Shown here: piece by piece, positions 1-11,919 of the stretch
Position numbering within the stretch: position 1 is the first letter of the stretch
Layout: each line of letters begins with the position of its first letter
Source of the DNA: Solirubrobacteraceae bacterium
GTDB taxonomy: Bacteria > Actinomycetota > Thermoleophilia > Solirubrobacterales > Solirubrobacteraceae
Direction of reading: 5' to 3'
DNA length: 56,383 bases
NCBI GenBank assembly: GCA_035486335.1
Contig: DATHND010000088.1
Coordinates: 1-56,383, forward strand
The notes under the pieces: generated by a model
The model's input: only the letters and a program-made list of their open reading frames with translations
What the model was told of the DNA's origin: nothing
Database searches by the model: none
Translations under genes and position numbers: made by a program

Positions 1-392
1 TACATCGCGATCTCCTCCAGCACCACCTCGCGCTCGGCGTCCAGCTCGCCGAAGCGCGGGTGCCAGACCATGTCGCTCATCACCGCGAAGGCGTGGTCGA
101 GGTGGCGGTCGAGCACGCGCGTGTAGACGGACGTGGCCTCCTTGTCGGTGCCGGCGTTGACCTCGGCGCCCATCGCGTCGAAGATCTGGTCGATCTCCTC
201 CGAGCCGAAGCTTTCGGTCCCGCGAAACAGCATGTGCTCGAGCAGGTGCGAGATGCCGGCCTCGCCGTCGTGCTCGGCGGCCGAGCCGGCGGCGATCCAG
301 AAGCCGAGCGCCGCCGAGCGCACGCTCGGCATGCGCTCGGTGACGACCCGCACGCCGGAATCCAGCGTGGTTATCTGATGCTCTGGGTGCAG
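1..392 (-). CDS. M16 (pitrilysin/insulinase) family zinc peptidase, N-terminal part; runs off the window edge
   Basis: Manual translation HPEHQITTLDSGVRVVTERMPSVRSAALGFWIAAGS..GISHLLEHMLFRGT (HxxEH); usual position downstream of pnp; apparent CTG start after GAGGA. Confidence 0.9.
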   Translation of the reverse strand, partial: MHPEHQITTLDSGVRVVTERMPSVRSAALGFWIAAGSAAEHDGEAGISHLLEHMLFRGTESFGSEEIDQIFDAMGAEVNAGTDKEATSVYTRVLDRHLDHAFAVMSDMVWHPRFGELDAEREVVLEEIAM

Positions 393-399
393 CGGATCC

Positions 400-2709
400 T
401 CAGTCGCGGTCGCGGCGAGGGCGTCCGGAGCCGCGGTCGCCTTCGCGACGCGGGCCGCGCGGGCGGTCGGAGCGACCGTTGCGGCCGCCGCCGTCGCGGG
501 ACGGACGCGAGCCGCCGCCACCGCCGCCGCCGGTGCCGACGCCGGCGAGCTCCTCGACCGACTTGCCGGCGATGTCCGGGTCGTCGGCGAGACGCAGGCC
601 GATGCGACCGCGCTCGCGGTCGACCTCGACCACGCGGACGTTGATCTCGTCGCCTTTGTTGAGCACGTCCTCGACGGTGTCGACGCGTTTGCCGGGCGAG
701 ACGTTTGAGATGTGCAGCAGACCGTCGGTGCCCTTGGCGAGCTCGACGAAGGCGCCGAACGTCGTCGTCTTGACGACCTTGCCGACGTACTCGTCGCCGA
801 CCTCGACCTCCTTCATCATCATCCGCACGCGCTTGACGAGCGCATCGCCGAGCTCGCCGTTGGCCGAGTAGATCAGCACCTGACCGTCGTCGTTGACATC
901 GATCTGCGATTCGAACTCGTCGGCGAGGCCTCTGATCGTTTCGCCGCCCTTGCCGATCAGCAGACCGATCTGCGAGGGGTCGATCTGGATCGTCTGGATT
1001 CGCGGCGCGAACTGCGAGAGCTGCTCGCGCGGCGTCTGGATCACGTCGGCCATCTTCTGAAGGATGAACGTGCGTGCCTCTTTCGCCTGGGCGAGCGCGT
1101 CGCGCAGGATCTCGAACGTGACGCCCGTGATCTTGATGTCCATCTGCAGCGCCGTGATCCCGCGCTCGGTGCCGGCGACCTTGAAGTCCATGTCGCCGAG
1201 GTGGTCCTCGACGCCGGCGATGTCGGTCAGGACGATGTAGTCCTCGCCCTCTTTGATCAGGCCCATCGCGATGCCGGCGACGGGGCGCTTGATCGGCACG
1301 CCCGCGTCCATCAGCGACAGCGAGGAGCCGCAGACGGAGGCCATCGAGGAGGAGCCGTTGGACTCGAGGATGTCCGAGACGACGCGGATCGAGTACGGGA
1401 ACTCCTCGATCGAGGGCACCATCGGCGCCAGCGCGCGCTCGGCGAGCGCGCCGTGACCGATGTCGCGTCGCTTGACGCCGCCCATCCGGCCCGCCTCGCC
1501 GACGGAGAACGGCGGGAAGTTGTAATGGTGCCAGTAGTACTTTTTCGTCTCGAGGCCGAGCGTGTCGATGCGCATCTCCTCCTTCAGAGTGCCCATCGCG
1601 ACGACGCTCAGCGCCTGCGTCTGCCCGCGCGTGAACAGCGCCGAGCCATGCGTGCGCGGCGTCACGCCGACTTCGATCGCGATGTCGCGGATCTCGTTCT
1701 CCGAGCGACCGTCGGGGCGCTTCTTGTCGACCGCGATGCGCTCGCGGATGATCGACTTCTCGAGCTTGTCGAACGCGAGCTGCGCCGCGGCGCGCTGCTG
1801 CTTGACGGCGATCAGCTGATCCTCGGAGGCACCCTCGGGAGCCGACGGGCCGTACCGCTCGATGATCGCCTGCTCGACGGCCTTCGTCGCGTCCTGGCGC
1901 TGGAGCTTGTCCTCGACCTGCGTGGCATCGTCGAGCGCCTTGCCGTGCGAGGCGCGGATCTGCTCGAGCAGCGCCCGATCGACGGCGATCGCCTCGAACA
2001 CTTTCTTCTCCTTGCCGACTTTCGCGGCGAGGTCGCGTTGCAACGCGCAGAGCTTCTTGATCTCGGCGTGCGCGATGTCGAGCGCGTCGAGGATCTCCGC
2101 CTCGGGGATCTCGTTGGCGCCGGCCTCGACCATCAGGATCGCCTCCTCGGTGCCGGCGACGATCAGGTCGAGGTCCGAGGCGTCCTCGGCGTCCGCCAAG
2201 AGGTCGGGCTCGTTCGGGTTGACGACGAAGTTGCCGTCGACCTTGCCGATCCGCACGGCGCCGACGGGCGTCGGCAGCGGGATGTCGGAGATCATCAACG
2301 CGGCGGACGCGCCGTTCATCGCGAGGATGTCGTACGGATGCTCGTGGTCGATCGAGAGCGGGATCGCGACGAGCTGCGTGTCGTAGCGCCATTCCTTCGG
2401 GAACAGCGGGCGGATCGGGCGGTCGATCATGCGCGCGGTCAGCGTGCCCTTCTCGCCCGGGCGGCCCTCGCGCTTGAAGAACGAGCCGGGGATTTTGCCG
2501 GCTGCGTACATGCGCTCCTCGACGTCGACCGTCAAGGGAAGAAAGTCCACGTCGCGCAGGCTGCCGGCGACGGCGGTCGCAAGGACCATCGTGTCGCCCT
2601 GCCTGACGACGACGGCTCCGGAGGCCTGCTTGGCCATCCTGCCGGTCTCGAACGAGATCTCGCTGCCGGCGATCTCCACGGAAACCGTGGTAACCCCATC
2701 ACTGCTCAT
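400..2709 (-). CDS. pnp: Polyribonucleotide nucleotidyltransferase (PNPase)
   Basis: FLPLTVDVEER, RRDIGHGALAERAL, SNGSSSMASVC, GDMDFKVAGT, KH and S1 domains; ATG at 2709 (alternative GTG 2715). Confidence 0.98.
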   Translation of the reverse strand: MSSDGVTTVSVEIAGSEISFETGRMAKQASGAVVVRQGDTMVLATAVAGSLRDVDFLPLTVDVEERMYAAGKIPGSFFKREGRPGEKGTLTARMIDRPIRPLFPKEWRYDTQLVAIPLSIDHEHPYDILAMNGASAALMISDIPLPTPVGAVRIGKVDGNFVVNPNEPDLLADAEDASDLDLIVAGTEEAILMVEAGANEIPEAEILDALDIAHAEIKKLCALQRDLAAKVGKEKKVFEAIAVDRALLEQIRASHGKALDDATQVEDKLQRQDATKAVEQAIIERYGPSAPEGASEDQLIAVKQQRAAAQLAFDKLEKSIIRERIAVDKKRPDGRSENEIRDIAIEVGVTPRTHGSALFTRGQTQALSVVAMGTLKEEMRIDTLGLETKKYYWHHYNFPPFSVGEAGRMGGVKRRDIGHGALAERALAPMVPSIEEFPYSIRVVSDILESNGSSSMASVCGSSLSLMDAGVPIKRPVAGIAMGLIKEGEDYIVLTDIAGVEDHLGDMDFKVAGTERGITALQMDIKITGVTFEILRDALAQAKEARTFILQKMADVIQTPREQLSQFAPRIQTIQIDPSQIGLLIGKGGETIRGLADEFESQIDVNDDGQVLIYSANGELGDALVKRVRMMMKEVEVGDEYVGKVVKTTTFGAFVELAKGTDGLLHISNVSPGKRVDTVEDVLNKGDEINVRVVEVDRERGRIGLRLADDPDIAGKSVEELAGVGTGGGGGGGSRPSRDGGGRNGRSDRPRGPRREGDRGSGRPRRDRD

Positions 2710-2742
2710 ATTCACTGCCTTCCTGTTCCGCCCGTCGGTCGG

Positions 2743-2776
2743 CGGTCCGTTTTCTTTTTCGATTCCGAACGGACCG
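2743..2776 (-). promoter_or_regulatory. Stem-loop in pnp leader
   Basis: Perfect 9-bp inverted repeat CGGTCCGTT...AACGGACCG with an A-rich loop on the minus strand. Confidence 0.45.
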
Positions 2777-2779
2777 AGC

Positions 2780-3250
2780 TTAGCGAACGGCGAGGGAGGA
2801 CTCGACGCCCTCGCGCAGCAGCTTCAGCGCCGGCAGCTCGCCGGGAGAGGCGGCCTGATGGCTCCAGCGCACGACGCCGTCGGCGTCGAGGATCACGAGC
2901 GCGCGCTCGGGAAAGCCGCCGGGATGGAGGACGCCGAAGGCGGCGCACGCCGCGCCCTTCGGCTCGAAGTCCGAGAGCTGCTCGATCGAGACGCCGAGCT
3001 TCTCCTTGAAAGCTTTCTGCGTCCAGGTCGAGTCGCAAGAGACGCCGTACATCGTCACTCCTCGCTCGGCAAGCTCGCCCAGCGCGCTCTCATACAGCTG
3101 CAGCTGGTCGGTGCAGACGGGGCTGAAGGCGAACGGATAGAAGACGAAGACCGACGCCTGGCCGCTCAGATCATCGTTCGTGAACTCGCCGCCGTCCTCG
3201 CGAGCGAGCTTGAACGCGGGCGCGGGCGCGCCGGGAGAAATGACAGTCAC
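2780..3250 (-). CDS. Peroxiredoxin, AhpC/TSA family (AhpE-like)
   Basis: PGAPAPAFKL, FYPFAFSPVCTDQL peroxidatic motif, LSDFEPKG, ERALVILDADGVVRW. Confidence 0.9.
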   Translation of the reverse strand: MTVISPGAPAPAFKLAREDGGEFTNDDLSGQASVFVFYPFAFSPVCTDQLQLYESALGELAERGVTMYGVSCDSTWTQKAFKEKLGVSIEQLSDFEPKGAACAAFGVLHPGGFPERALVILDADGVVRWSHQAASPGELPALKLLREGVESSLAVR

Positions 3251-3258
3251 GAGACCCC

Positions 3259-3393
3259 GTAGGAGGGTCGAGGATCAAGTGCACCAAGGACGCAGGGAGC
3301 GTGGTGCACCGATCGTCGATCGACGGGATCGCCGATCGGCCAGCACACGAGCGACCGAGGACGCCGGTGCACGCAGGTCATCGGCCCTCCTAC
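3259..3393. repeat. Long hairpin repeat element, copy A
   Basis: Imperfect terminal IR GTAGGAGGGTCGAGGATC...GGTCATCGGCCCTCCTAC; blocks CAAGGACGCAGGGAGCGTGG and CGAGCGACCGAGGACGCCG identical to copy C. Confidence 0.8.
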
Positions 3394-3662
3394 TTACGCA
3401 GCCCGAGCTCTTTGATCAGCGCCCGGTAGCCGTCGAGGTCGGTGCGCTGCAGGTAGTCGAGGAAGCGACGGCGGCGCCCGACGAGCATCAGCAGGCCGCG
3501 GCGCGAGTGGTGATCTTTGCTCTGCGAGCGCAGGTGCTCAGTCAGGTGGTTGATGCGCTCGGTCAGCAGTGCGACCTGGACCTGAGTCGATCCGGTGTCC
3601 TTCTCGCTCGCGCCGAACTGCGTCGCGATCTCGCGCTTGCGCTCTGTGGTTATCGCTGTCAT
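3390..3662 (-). CDS. rpsO: 30S ribosomal protein S15
   Basis: [46 protein letters not shown]. Confidence 0.98.
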   Translation of the reverse strand: MTAITTERKREIATQFGASEKDTGSTQVQVALLTERINHLTEHLRSQSKDHHSRRGLLMLVGRRRRFLDYLQRTDLDGYRALIKELGLRK

Positions 3663-3688
3663 GGACGGCCGAAAACGGTAGCAGACGC

Positions 3689-4582
3689 TCAGCTCGCGCC
3701 CGCGACCAGCTCGCGCGTGCGCAGCACGTCGCGCCGCATCTGCTCGACGAGCGCGTCGGCGCTGTCGAAGCGGCGCTCGCCGCGCAGGCGCGCGATGAAC
3801 TCGAGGCACAGCGTCTGCCCGTACAACTCGCCGTCGAAGTCGAGCAGATACGCCTCGATCAGCTCGGCGCGGCCGGTGTTGAACGTCGGGCGCACGCCGA
3901 TGCTGACGGCCGCCGCGCGATCGCCGCCCGCCAAGCCGGAGGCGAGCGCCGCGTAGACGCCGTGGCCCGGACAGGCGTACTCGTCGTTGGGTATCAGGTT
4001 CGCCGTCGGGAAGCCGAGCTCGCGGCCGCGCCGATCGCCGTGAACGACTTCGCCGCACAACTGGAAGCGCGCACCGAGCAGGCGGCTGGCGTGCGCGAGC
4101 TCGCCGGCGAGCACGAGCCCGCGGATGTGGCTCGAGGAGACGATCTCGCCGTCGACCTCGAGCAGCGGGTGAACGGTCGTCGCGAAGCGCTCGTCGGCGG
4201 CGAGCAGGCGCGGGTCGCCTTGCGCCTTGTGGCCGAAGCGAAAGTTCTCGCCGATCGCGACCGTCGCGGCGCCGAGCGCCGCGACGAGCACGCCGTCGAC
4301 GAACTCGTCGGCGCTGCGCTTGGCGAACTGGGCGTCGAATGGGATAACGACCATCTCGCGCACGCCGAGCGACGCGATCAGCTCGGCCTTGCGCGCCGGC
4401 GTCGTCAGCAGCTTCGGCGTGTGCTGCGGCGCGACGACGGAGACCGGGTGCGGGTCGAACGTGAGCACGGTGTCGGCGCCGGCGATCACCTCGCGATGGC
4501 CGAGATGGACGCCGTCGAACGTCCCGACCGCCACGCTGCGCCCGTCTCTGCGCTCGACGTCGGGCAGGCGCGTGACCTTCAC
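3689..4582 (-). CDS. ribF: Bifunctional riboflavin kinase/FAD synthetase
   Basis: [46 protein letters not shown]. Confidence 0.96.
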   Translation of the reverse strand: MKVTRLPDVERRDGRSVAVGTFDGVHLGHREVIAGADTVLTFDPHPVSVVAPQHTPKLLTTPARKAELIASLGVREMVVIPFDAQFAKRSADEFVDGVLVAALGAATVAIGENFRFGHKAQGDPRLLAADERFATTVHPLLEVDGEIVSSSHIRGLVLAGELAHASRLLGARFQLCGEVVHGDRRGRELGFPTANLIPNDEYACPGHGVYAALASGLAGGDRAAAVSIGVRPTFNTGRAELIEAYLLDFDGELYGQTLCLEFIARLRGERRFDSADALVEQMRRDVLRTRELVAGAS

Positions 4583-4593
4583 AGCCGCAAAGC

Positions 4594-5292
4594 CTAGTCG
4601 CCGCGTTCGCCGGGGAGCATTGCGAGCGCGTGCGCGAGCTCGATCAGCGGCGCGTCCTCCCAATCGGAGTCGCGCGACGGCGGCGCGACGGCGTCGCTCA
4701 CGGAGAACGGCCCGATCGCCGTGCGACGCAGCTCCAGGCAGTAGGCGTCGCCGAGGTCGGCGATCAGCGAGCGTACGTACGTGCCCGAGCCGCACTCGAT
4801 CGCGTAGCCCGCGCGTTCGAGGCCCGGCAGCTCGGGGTCTGGCTCGCGCCAGGTCTGGTCGAAGCGCGTGACGGTGACGATCCGCTCGGGCATCGTCGGA
4901 CGCTCGCCGCGGCGCGCACGCTTGTAGGCGCGCTCGCCGCCGACCTTGACGGCCGAGTAGACCGGCGGGCGCTGGCGCAACTCGCCGGTCGGCAGCGGCG
5001 GCGGATCGCGCGGCAGACGACCGGTGCGCTCGACCTCGCCCTCGGGGTCGCCGGTGCTCGATCGGGCGCCGAGCTGCGCGACGGTCTCATACGCCTTCGG
5101 CAGCGCCATCAGGCGGCTCTGCACCTTCGTCGCACGCCCGACGAGCACGAGCAGCAGGCCGCTCGCGAACGGGTCGAGCGTGCCGGCGTGTCCGGTGCGA
5201 ACGCCGCCAAGCGCGCGGCGCACGCGCGCGACGACGTCGTGCGAGGTGAGCCCGCGCGGCTTGTCGATCAGCAGCACGCCGTCCGGGCTCAT
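4594..5292 (-). CDS. truB: tRNA pseudouridine(55) synthase (short form)
   Basis: [45 protein letters not shown]. Confidence 0.95.
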   Translation of the reverse strand: MSPDGVLLIDKPRGLTSHDVVARVRRALGGVRTGHAGTLDPFASGLLLVLVGRATKVQSRLMALPKAYETVAQLGARSSTGDPEGEVERTGRLPRDPPPLPTGELRQRPPVYSAVKVGGERAYKRARRGERPTMPERIVTVTRFDQTWREPDPELPGLERAGYAIECGSGTYVRSLIADLGDAYCLELRRTAIGPFSVSDAVAPPSRDSDWEDAPLIELAHALAMLPGERGD

Positions 5293-5319
5293 CGGCGGAC
5301 GTCTCGCGAGCCGGCGCGC

Positions 5320-6348
5320 TCAGGCGAGCGTCGCCGTCGCGTGCCCGTCGGTGGCGTGCAGCTGCGCGGCGACGGCCGGTCGCAGGAACGCGATCAGCTC
5401 GTCGAGCTCGAGCGTCGTCGAGAAGCCGGCGGCGCGACGGTGGCCGCCTCCGCCCTGCGCGCGCGCGATCACCGAGACGTCGACGTCGTCGTCGCTCGCG
5501 CGCAGCGAGACTTTGCGCTGGCCGCGGCGCTCGCCGGTCAGCTCGCGGATGAACGCGGCGACCTTCGTGCCGCGCACGGCTCGGAGCTGATCGACGATGC
5601 CCTCGGAGTAGTGCTCCTCGGCGTCGCTGCGCGCGAAGTCATCGGCGCTGAGCGCGGCGAGCGTCAGCTTGCCGCCGTCGAAGCGCTGGATCTGGCCGAG
5701 CGCGAGCGCCGTCAACGTGAGCTTCTGCACCGGCACACCCTCGTACAGGCGCCGGTAGATCTCGGCGACGTCGACGCCGGCTTCGATCAGCTCGGCGGCC
5801 ATCAGGTGCGCGCGCGGGCCGGTGTTCTCGTACATGAAGCGACCGGTGTCGGTGATCAGGCCGACATACATAGCCTCGGCCGCGACGAGCGACGGCGCGA
5901 GCGCGAGCCCGTGCATCAGGTCCCAAACGATCTCGGCCGTGCACGAGGCGCCGGGGACGACGTGGTTGAGCGTGCCGAAGCGCGTGTTGTCGTGGTGGTG
6001 GTCGACATTCAAGAGGTGCGCTCCGTCGCGCAACACGGCGGCCGAGTTGCGGTCGATGTTGCCGCAGTCGAGAAACACGACGGTGCGCTCGGCGATGTCG
6101 CTCGGCGGCTCGTGGATCGCGCCGTCGAGCAGGAACACGCTGTACTCGGAGGGCAGCGGCAGGTCATCGGGCGAGACGTACATGACCGAGTCCTTGCCGA
6201 GCGCGCGCAAGAGCTCCTGCATCGCGACGAGCGAGCCGAGCGCGTCGCCGTCGGGGTGCTCGTGCGAGGCGAGCGCAAAGCGCGAGTCCTCGCGCAGGCG
6301 CTCGATGACCAGCTCGCGCGTGTCGACCGCGCCGTCGACGACGCTCAC
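5320..6348 (-). CDS. nrnA: DHH/DHHA1 phosphoesterase (NrnA-like oligoribonuclease/pAp phosphatase)
   Basis: HEHPDGDALGS, DHH, TDTGRF, GGGGHRRAAG; position between rbfA and truB. Confidence 0.88.
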   Translation of the reverse strand: MSVVDGAVDTRELVIERLREDSRFALASHEHPDGDALGSLVAMQELLRALGKDSVMYVSPDDLPLPSEYSVFLLDGAIHEPPSDIAERTVVFLDCGNIDRNSAAVLRDGAHLLNVDHHHDNTRFGTLNHVVPGASCTAEIVWDLMHGLALAPSLVAAEAMYVGLITDTGRFMYENTGPRAHLMAAELIEAGVDVAEIYRRLYEGVPVQKLTLTALALGQIQRFDGGKLTLAALSADDFARSDAEEHYSEGIVDQLRAVRGTKVAAFIRELTGERRGQRKVSLRASDDDVDVSVIARAQGGGGHRRAAGFSTTLELDELIAFLRPAVAAQLHATDGHATATLA

Positions 6349-6707
6349 GACGGACCGATCTCGTCGAGGATCTGCTCGACGCGCAGCGCGCGGTCGGTCG
6401 TGTCGTCGTAGGCGAACTCGAGCGTCGGCGTGCGCTTCATCCGCAGCTCGGAGGCGAGCCTCGCCTGGAGGTATCCGTGCGCGCTGCGCAGCCCTTCGAG
6501 GCTCGCCGTGCGCTGCTCCTCTCGCGACGGTCCGCCGTGCTCGCCGAGCACGCTCACGTACACGCGGGCATGGCTCAGGTCGGCGCTCGTTCTCACATCG
6601 GTCACGGTTACGAATCCCACTCGCGGGTCCTTCAGCTCACCTGCAACGGCGTCGCCGATGACGTGGCGAATCGACTCGTCTATTCGACGCATCCGTCCTG
6701 AACTCAT
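6345..6707 (-). CDS. rbfA: Ribosome-binding factor A
   Basis: ELKDPRVGFVTVTDVRTSADLSHARVYVS, MKRTPTLEFAYD. Confidence 0.96.
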   Translation of the reverse strand: MSSGRMRRIDESIRHVIGDAVAGELKDPRVGFVTVTDVRTSADLSHARVYVSVLGEHGGPSREEQRTASLEGLRSAHGYLQARLASELRMKRTPTLEFAYDDTTDRALRVEQILDEIGPS

Positions 6708-6750
6708 CCTACTGACGACCTCCGTGTGCGAAAGCGCTGAGCGGTTTCTC

Positions 6751-9176
<2,426 letters not shown>

Positions 9177-9180
<4 letters not shown>

Positions 9181-9482
9181 CGACTCAACGATTCTACGAG
9201 CTTGCCGTCGGCTGGTATCAAATCCCCCGCGACCGGCCGGCGCAGCGCGCGGGCGATCGCACGGCGCCTGAGCGCGCGGGCGAGGCACTGCTCGTCGGGA
9301 CGCGACGGCCCGCCACCGCGCGCGGCAGTGCGGCACAGATAGGCGCCGCGTCCGGGCATCCGCGCGAGCGTGTCGATCACCGCGCGGGCGCGTCGTCCCT
9401 CGCCGTCGGCGACGGCCGCGATCCGCAGCAGCTCAGACTTCGGCGCGATCCGCCCGCAACCGACGCAGCGGCGCCGGGGCAC
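9177..9482 (-). CDS. ylxR: YlxR/DUF448 family RNA-binding protein
   Basis: [30 protein letters not shown]; between nusA and infB. Confidence 0.88.
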
Positions 9483-9490
9483 GTGCGCGC

Positions 9491-10813
9491 CTATGTCGTC
9501 TGCTCCTCGGCGGCCGGCTCGGTCGGCGCGCCGTTCGCGCCGCCGGCGGCGGGCGTCAGGTCGGCGACGTTGTCGCCGTCGATGTTCGCGAGCGCCTGGT
9601 GGCTCTCGATCCCGCAGTAGCGCGAGCCGGGCAGCGCGGCGTTGGGGCAGCGACGGCCGTTGGAGAGAATCGCGGCGCAGCGTCCCTGCACCTCCTCCTC
9701 CTCGTAGCCGTGCTCGGCCTCCTCGGCGGCGAACTCGGTCTCCGAGCGGATGTCGACGCGCCAACCGGTCAGCCGCGCGGCGAGGCGCGCGTTCTGCCCC
9801 TCGCGGCCGATCGCGAGCGAGAGCTGGTCGTCGGGGACGATCACGGTCGCCTGCTTGGCGACGTCGTCGACGAGCACCTCGCGCACGCGCGCCGGCGAGA
9901 GCGCCTTGGCGACGAACCGCGCCGGCTCGTCGTTGAACGGGATGATGTCGATCTTCTCGCCGCGCAGCTCGGAGACGACCATCCGCACGCGCGAGCCGCG
10001 CGGGCCGACGCAGGCGCCGACCGGGTCGACGCCGTCGGTGTGCGAGACGACGGCGATCTTCGAGCGGTAACCGGGCTCGCGCGCGACGTTGGCGATCTCG
10101 ACGAGCCCGTCGGCGATCTCCGGGACCTCGAGCTCGAACAGCTTCTTGATCAGCTCGGGGTCGCGGCGCGAGACGATGATCGCGGGACCCTTCGTCGAGG
10201 GCGAGACCTCCTTGATCACGGCCTTGATCCGCTGCGAGTGGTCGTAGCGCTCGCCGTCGACCTGCTCGGACTTCGGCAGCAGCGCCTCGACGCGTTCGCG
10301 CAGCTGGACGAGCGTGTAGCGCGAGTCCGACTGCTGCACGATGCCGGTGATCAGCTCGCCGACGCGATCGCGGTACTCCTCGTACATCATGTCGCGCTCG
10401 GCCTCGCGGATCCGCTGCAGGATCACCTGCTTGGCGGTCTGCGCGGCGATCCGCCCGAAGTCGTCGGGCGTGACGTCGCGTTCGTCGATCTGATCGCGGT
10501 ATTCGGCGAACTTCGCCGGGTCGATTTCCGGTTCCTCCGGTTCGCGCATCTCGCCCGTCTCGGGGTCGACGGTCGTTTCCTCGTCGATCGTCTCGACGAT
10601 CAGGTGCGCCTCCAGGCGCTCGGGGATGATCAGTTCGATCACGCGGAAGTCGGCCGTCTCGCGGTCCATCTCCACGCGCGCGTACTTGGCCGAGCCGGGC
10701 TGCTTCTTGTAGGCCGAGAGCAGCGCGTCCTCCAGGGCGACCATCAGCTTCTCCGGCTCGATCCCCTTCTCACGCGCGAGCGCGTGCATTGCCTCGAGAA
10801 TTTCGCGTGACAT
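9491..10813 (-). CDS. nusA: Transcription termination factor NusA with C-terminal Cys/His extension
   Basis: FGRIAAQTAKQVILQRIREAER, AREPGYRSKIAV, LSLAIGREGQNARLAARLTGWRVDI. Confidence 0.98.
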   Translation of the reverse strand: MSREILEAMHALAREKGIEPEKLMVALEDALLSAYKKQPGSAKYARVEMDRETADFRVIELIIPERLEAHLIVETIDEETTVDPETGEMREPEEPEIDPAKFAEYRDQIDERDVTPDDFGRIAAQTAKQVILQRIREAERDMMYEEYRDRVGELITGIVQQSDSRYTLVQLRERVEALLPKSEQVDGERYDHSQRIKAVIKEVSPSTKGPAIIVSRRDPELIKKLFELEVPEIADGLVEIANVAREPGYRSKIAVVSHTDGVDPVGACVGPRGSRVRMVVSELRGEKIDIIPFNDEPARFVAKALSPARVREVLVDDVAKQATVIVPDDQLSLAIGREGQNARLAARLTGWRVDIRSETEFAAEEAEHGYEEEEVQGRCAAILSNGRRCPNAALPGSRYCGIESHQALANIDGDNVADLTPAAGGANGAPTEPAAEEQTT

Positions 10814-10818
10814 GGCCT

Positions 10819-11298
10819 CTACTCCTCGACGAGATTGGATCGGCGGATCTCCGAGTACGGGATCGCGATTACGCCGCCGTCGGCCGCCAGCGTGACCTCC
10901 TCCTCGGAGGCGCCGACGAGCTCGCCCGTGAAGCTCTTGACGGTCCGCGCGGCGCCCGGACGCCGCTCGCCCTCGACAGGGGCGCATGGCCCGGATGGCT
11001 GGGTCGAGCGCGGGTGGCGCATGCGCACGCGCGCGCGCCGGCCGACGAAGCGGCGGAAGTGGACGGGCTTGGTCAGCGGGCGCTCTGAGCCGGGTGAGGA
11101 GACCTCGAGCGAGTAGCGCTCGCGCAGGTCATTCAGCTGCAGCGTGACGCGCTCGCAGAGCTCGAGCGTGACGCCGTCGGGATGGTCGATGAACACGCGC
11201 AGCGAGCGGCCGCCGAGAACCTCGGCGAGCAGCACGTCGACATCTGGCTCGCTCGTCGCAAGACGCCTTTCGATATCCGCCTGAATCGGTGTCACCAA
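10819..11298 (-). CDS. rimP: Ribosome maturation factor RimP
   Basis: LRVFIDHPDGVTLELC, YSLEVSSPGSERPL; TTG start after TAGGAG. Confidence 0.93.
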   Translation of the reverse strand: MVTPIQADIERRLATSEPDVDVLLAEVLGGRSLRVFIDHPDGVTLELCERVTLQLNDLRERYSLEVSSPGSERPLTKPVHFRRFVGRRARVRMRHPRSTQPSGPCAPVEGERRPGAARTVKSFTGELVGASEEEVTLAADGGVIAIPYSEIRRSNLVEE

Positions 11299-11313
11299 CT
11301 TGCTCCTAACAAT

Positions 11314-11339
11314 AAAAAAAGCGGGCGGGCGCCCACTTT
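11314..11339 (-). terminator. rimP leader attenuator (intrinsic terminator hairpin)
   Basis: Minus strand AAAGTGGGCGCCCGCCCGCTTTTTTT just upstream of rimP; extended -10 TGCTATCCT at 11386-11394. Confidence 0.75.
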
Positions 11340-11473
11340 CGGTCCTGCTACCGACGTCTGCACGCCGGTCGAAAGCTGTCGTTCGAGGATAGCATCGGCC
11401 CGTACATGCGGAGCATGGCTCCGTGCACGACGCCCCAGCGCCGGAGCGATCTCGGGGCGACGCTCAGCGGCGC

Positions 11474-11842
11474 TCAGGAGCGCGTCGCGTCGCGTCGCGC
11501 GCGGTCGCGATAGACGCGATAATCGTCGCGCTCGGGACGCAGCGAGCAGGCCAGCGCGAGCGGCTGGCAGGCCTCGCGATGACGGCCGAGCAGCTGCATC
11601 GAGCGGCCCAGGCAGAACAGCGCGTAGTCGTTCGTCGGCGTGTTCTGCGCGACCGCCTCGAACTCGGCCGCCGCTCCTTCGTAGTGCTGCGCGTGGAACA
11701 GCGCGCGCCCGAGCGTCTCGCGGATCGAGGCCTTCTCCGGCTCGAGGTCGCGCGCCCTGCTCAGCGGCACGATCGCGGCCTGATAGTCGCCGTGGTCGAG
11801 CAGGTCGCAGCCACGCTGATAGAGCTCGTAGACGCTCTCCAT
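11474..11842 (-). CDS. Small tetratricopeptide repeat protein
   Basis: TPR-like helical pattern (YQRGCDLLDHGDYQAAIVPLSRARDLEP..LGRALF..YEGAAAEF). Confidence 0.85.
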   Translation of the reverse strand: MESVYELYQRGCDLLDHGDYQAAIVPLSRARDLEPEKASIRETLGRALFHAQHYEGAAAEFEAVAQNTPTNDYALFCLGRSMQLLGRHREACQPLALACSLRPERDDYRVYRDRARRDATRS

Positions 11843-11919
11843 GAGCGCGTCATTTTAACGATGCCGGCAGCGATCCCCGGCGGCTCGCTCGCGGCGCGGG
11901 CGTCGGCTGACGGACGGGG

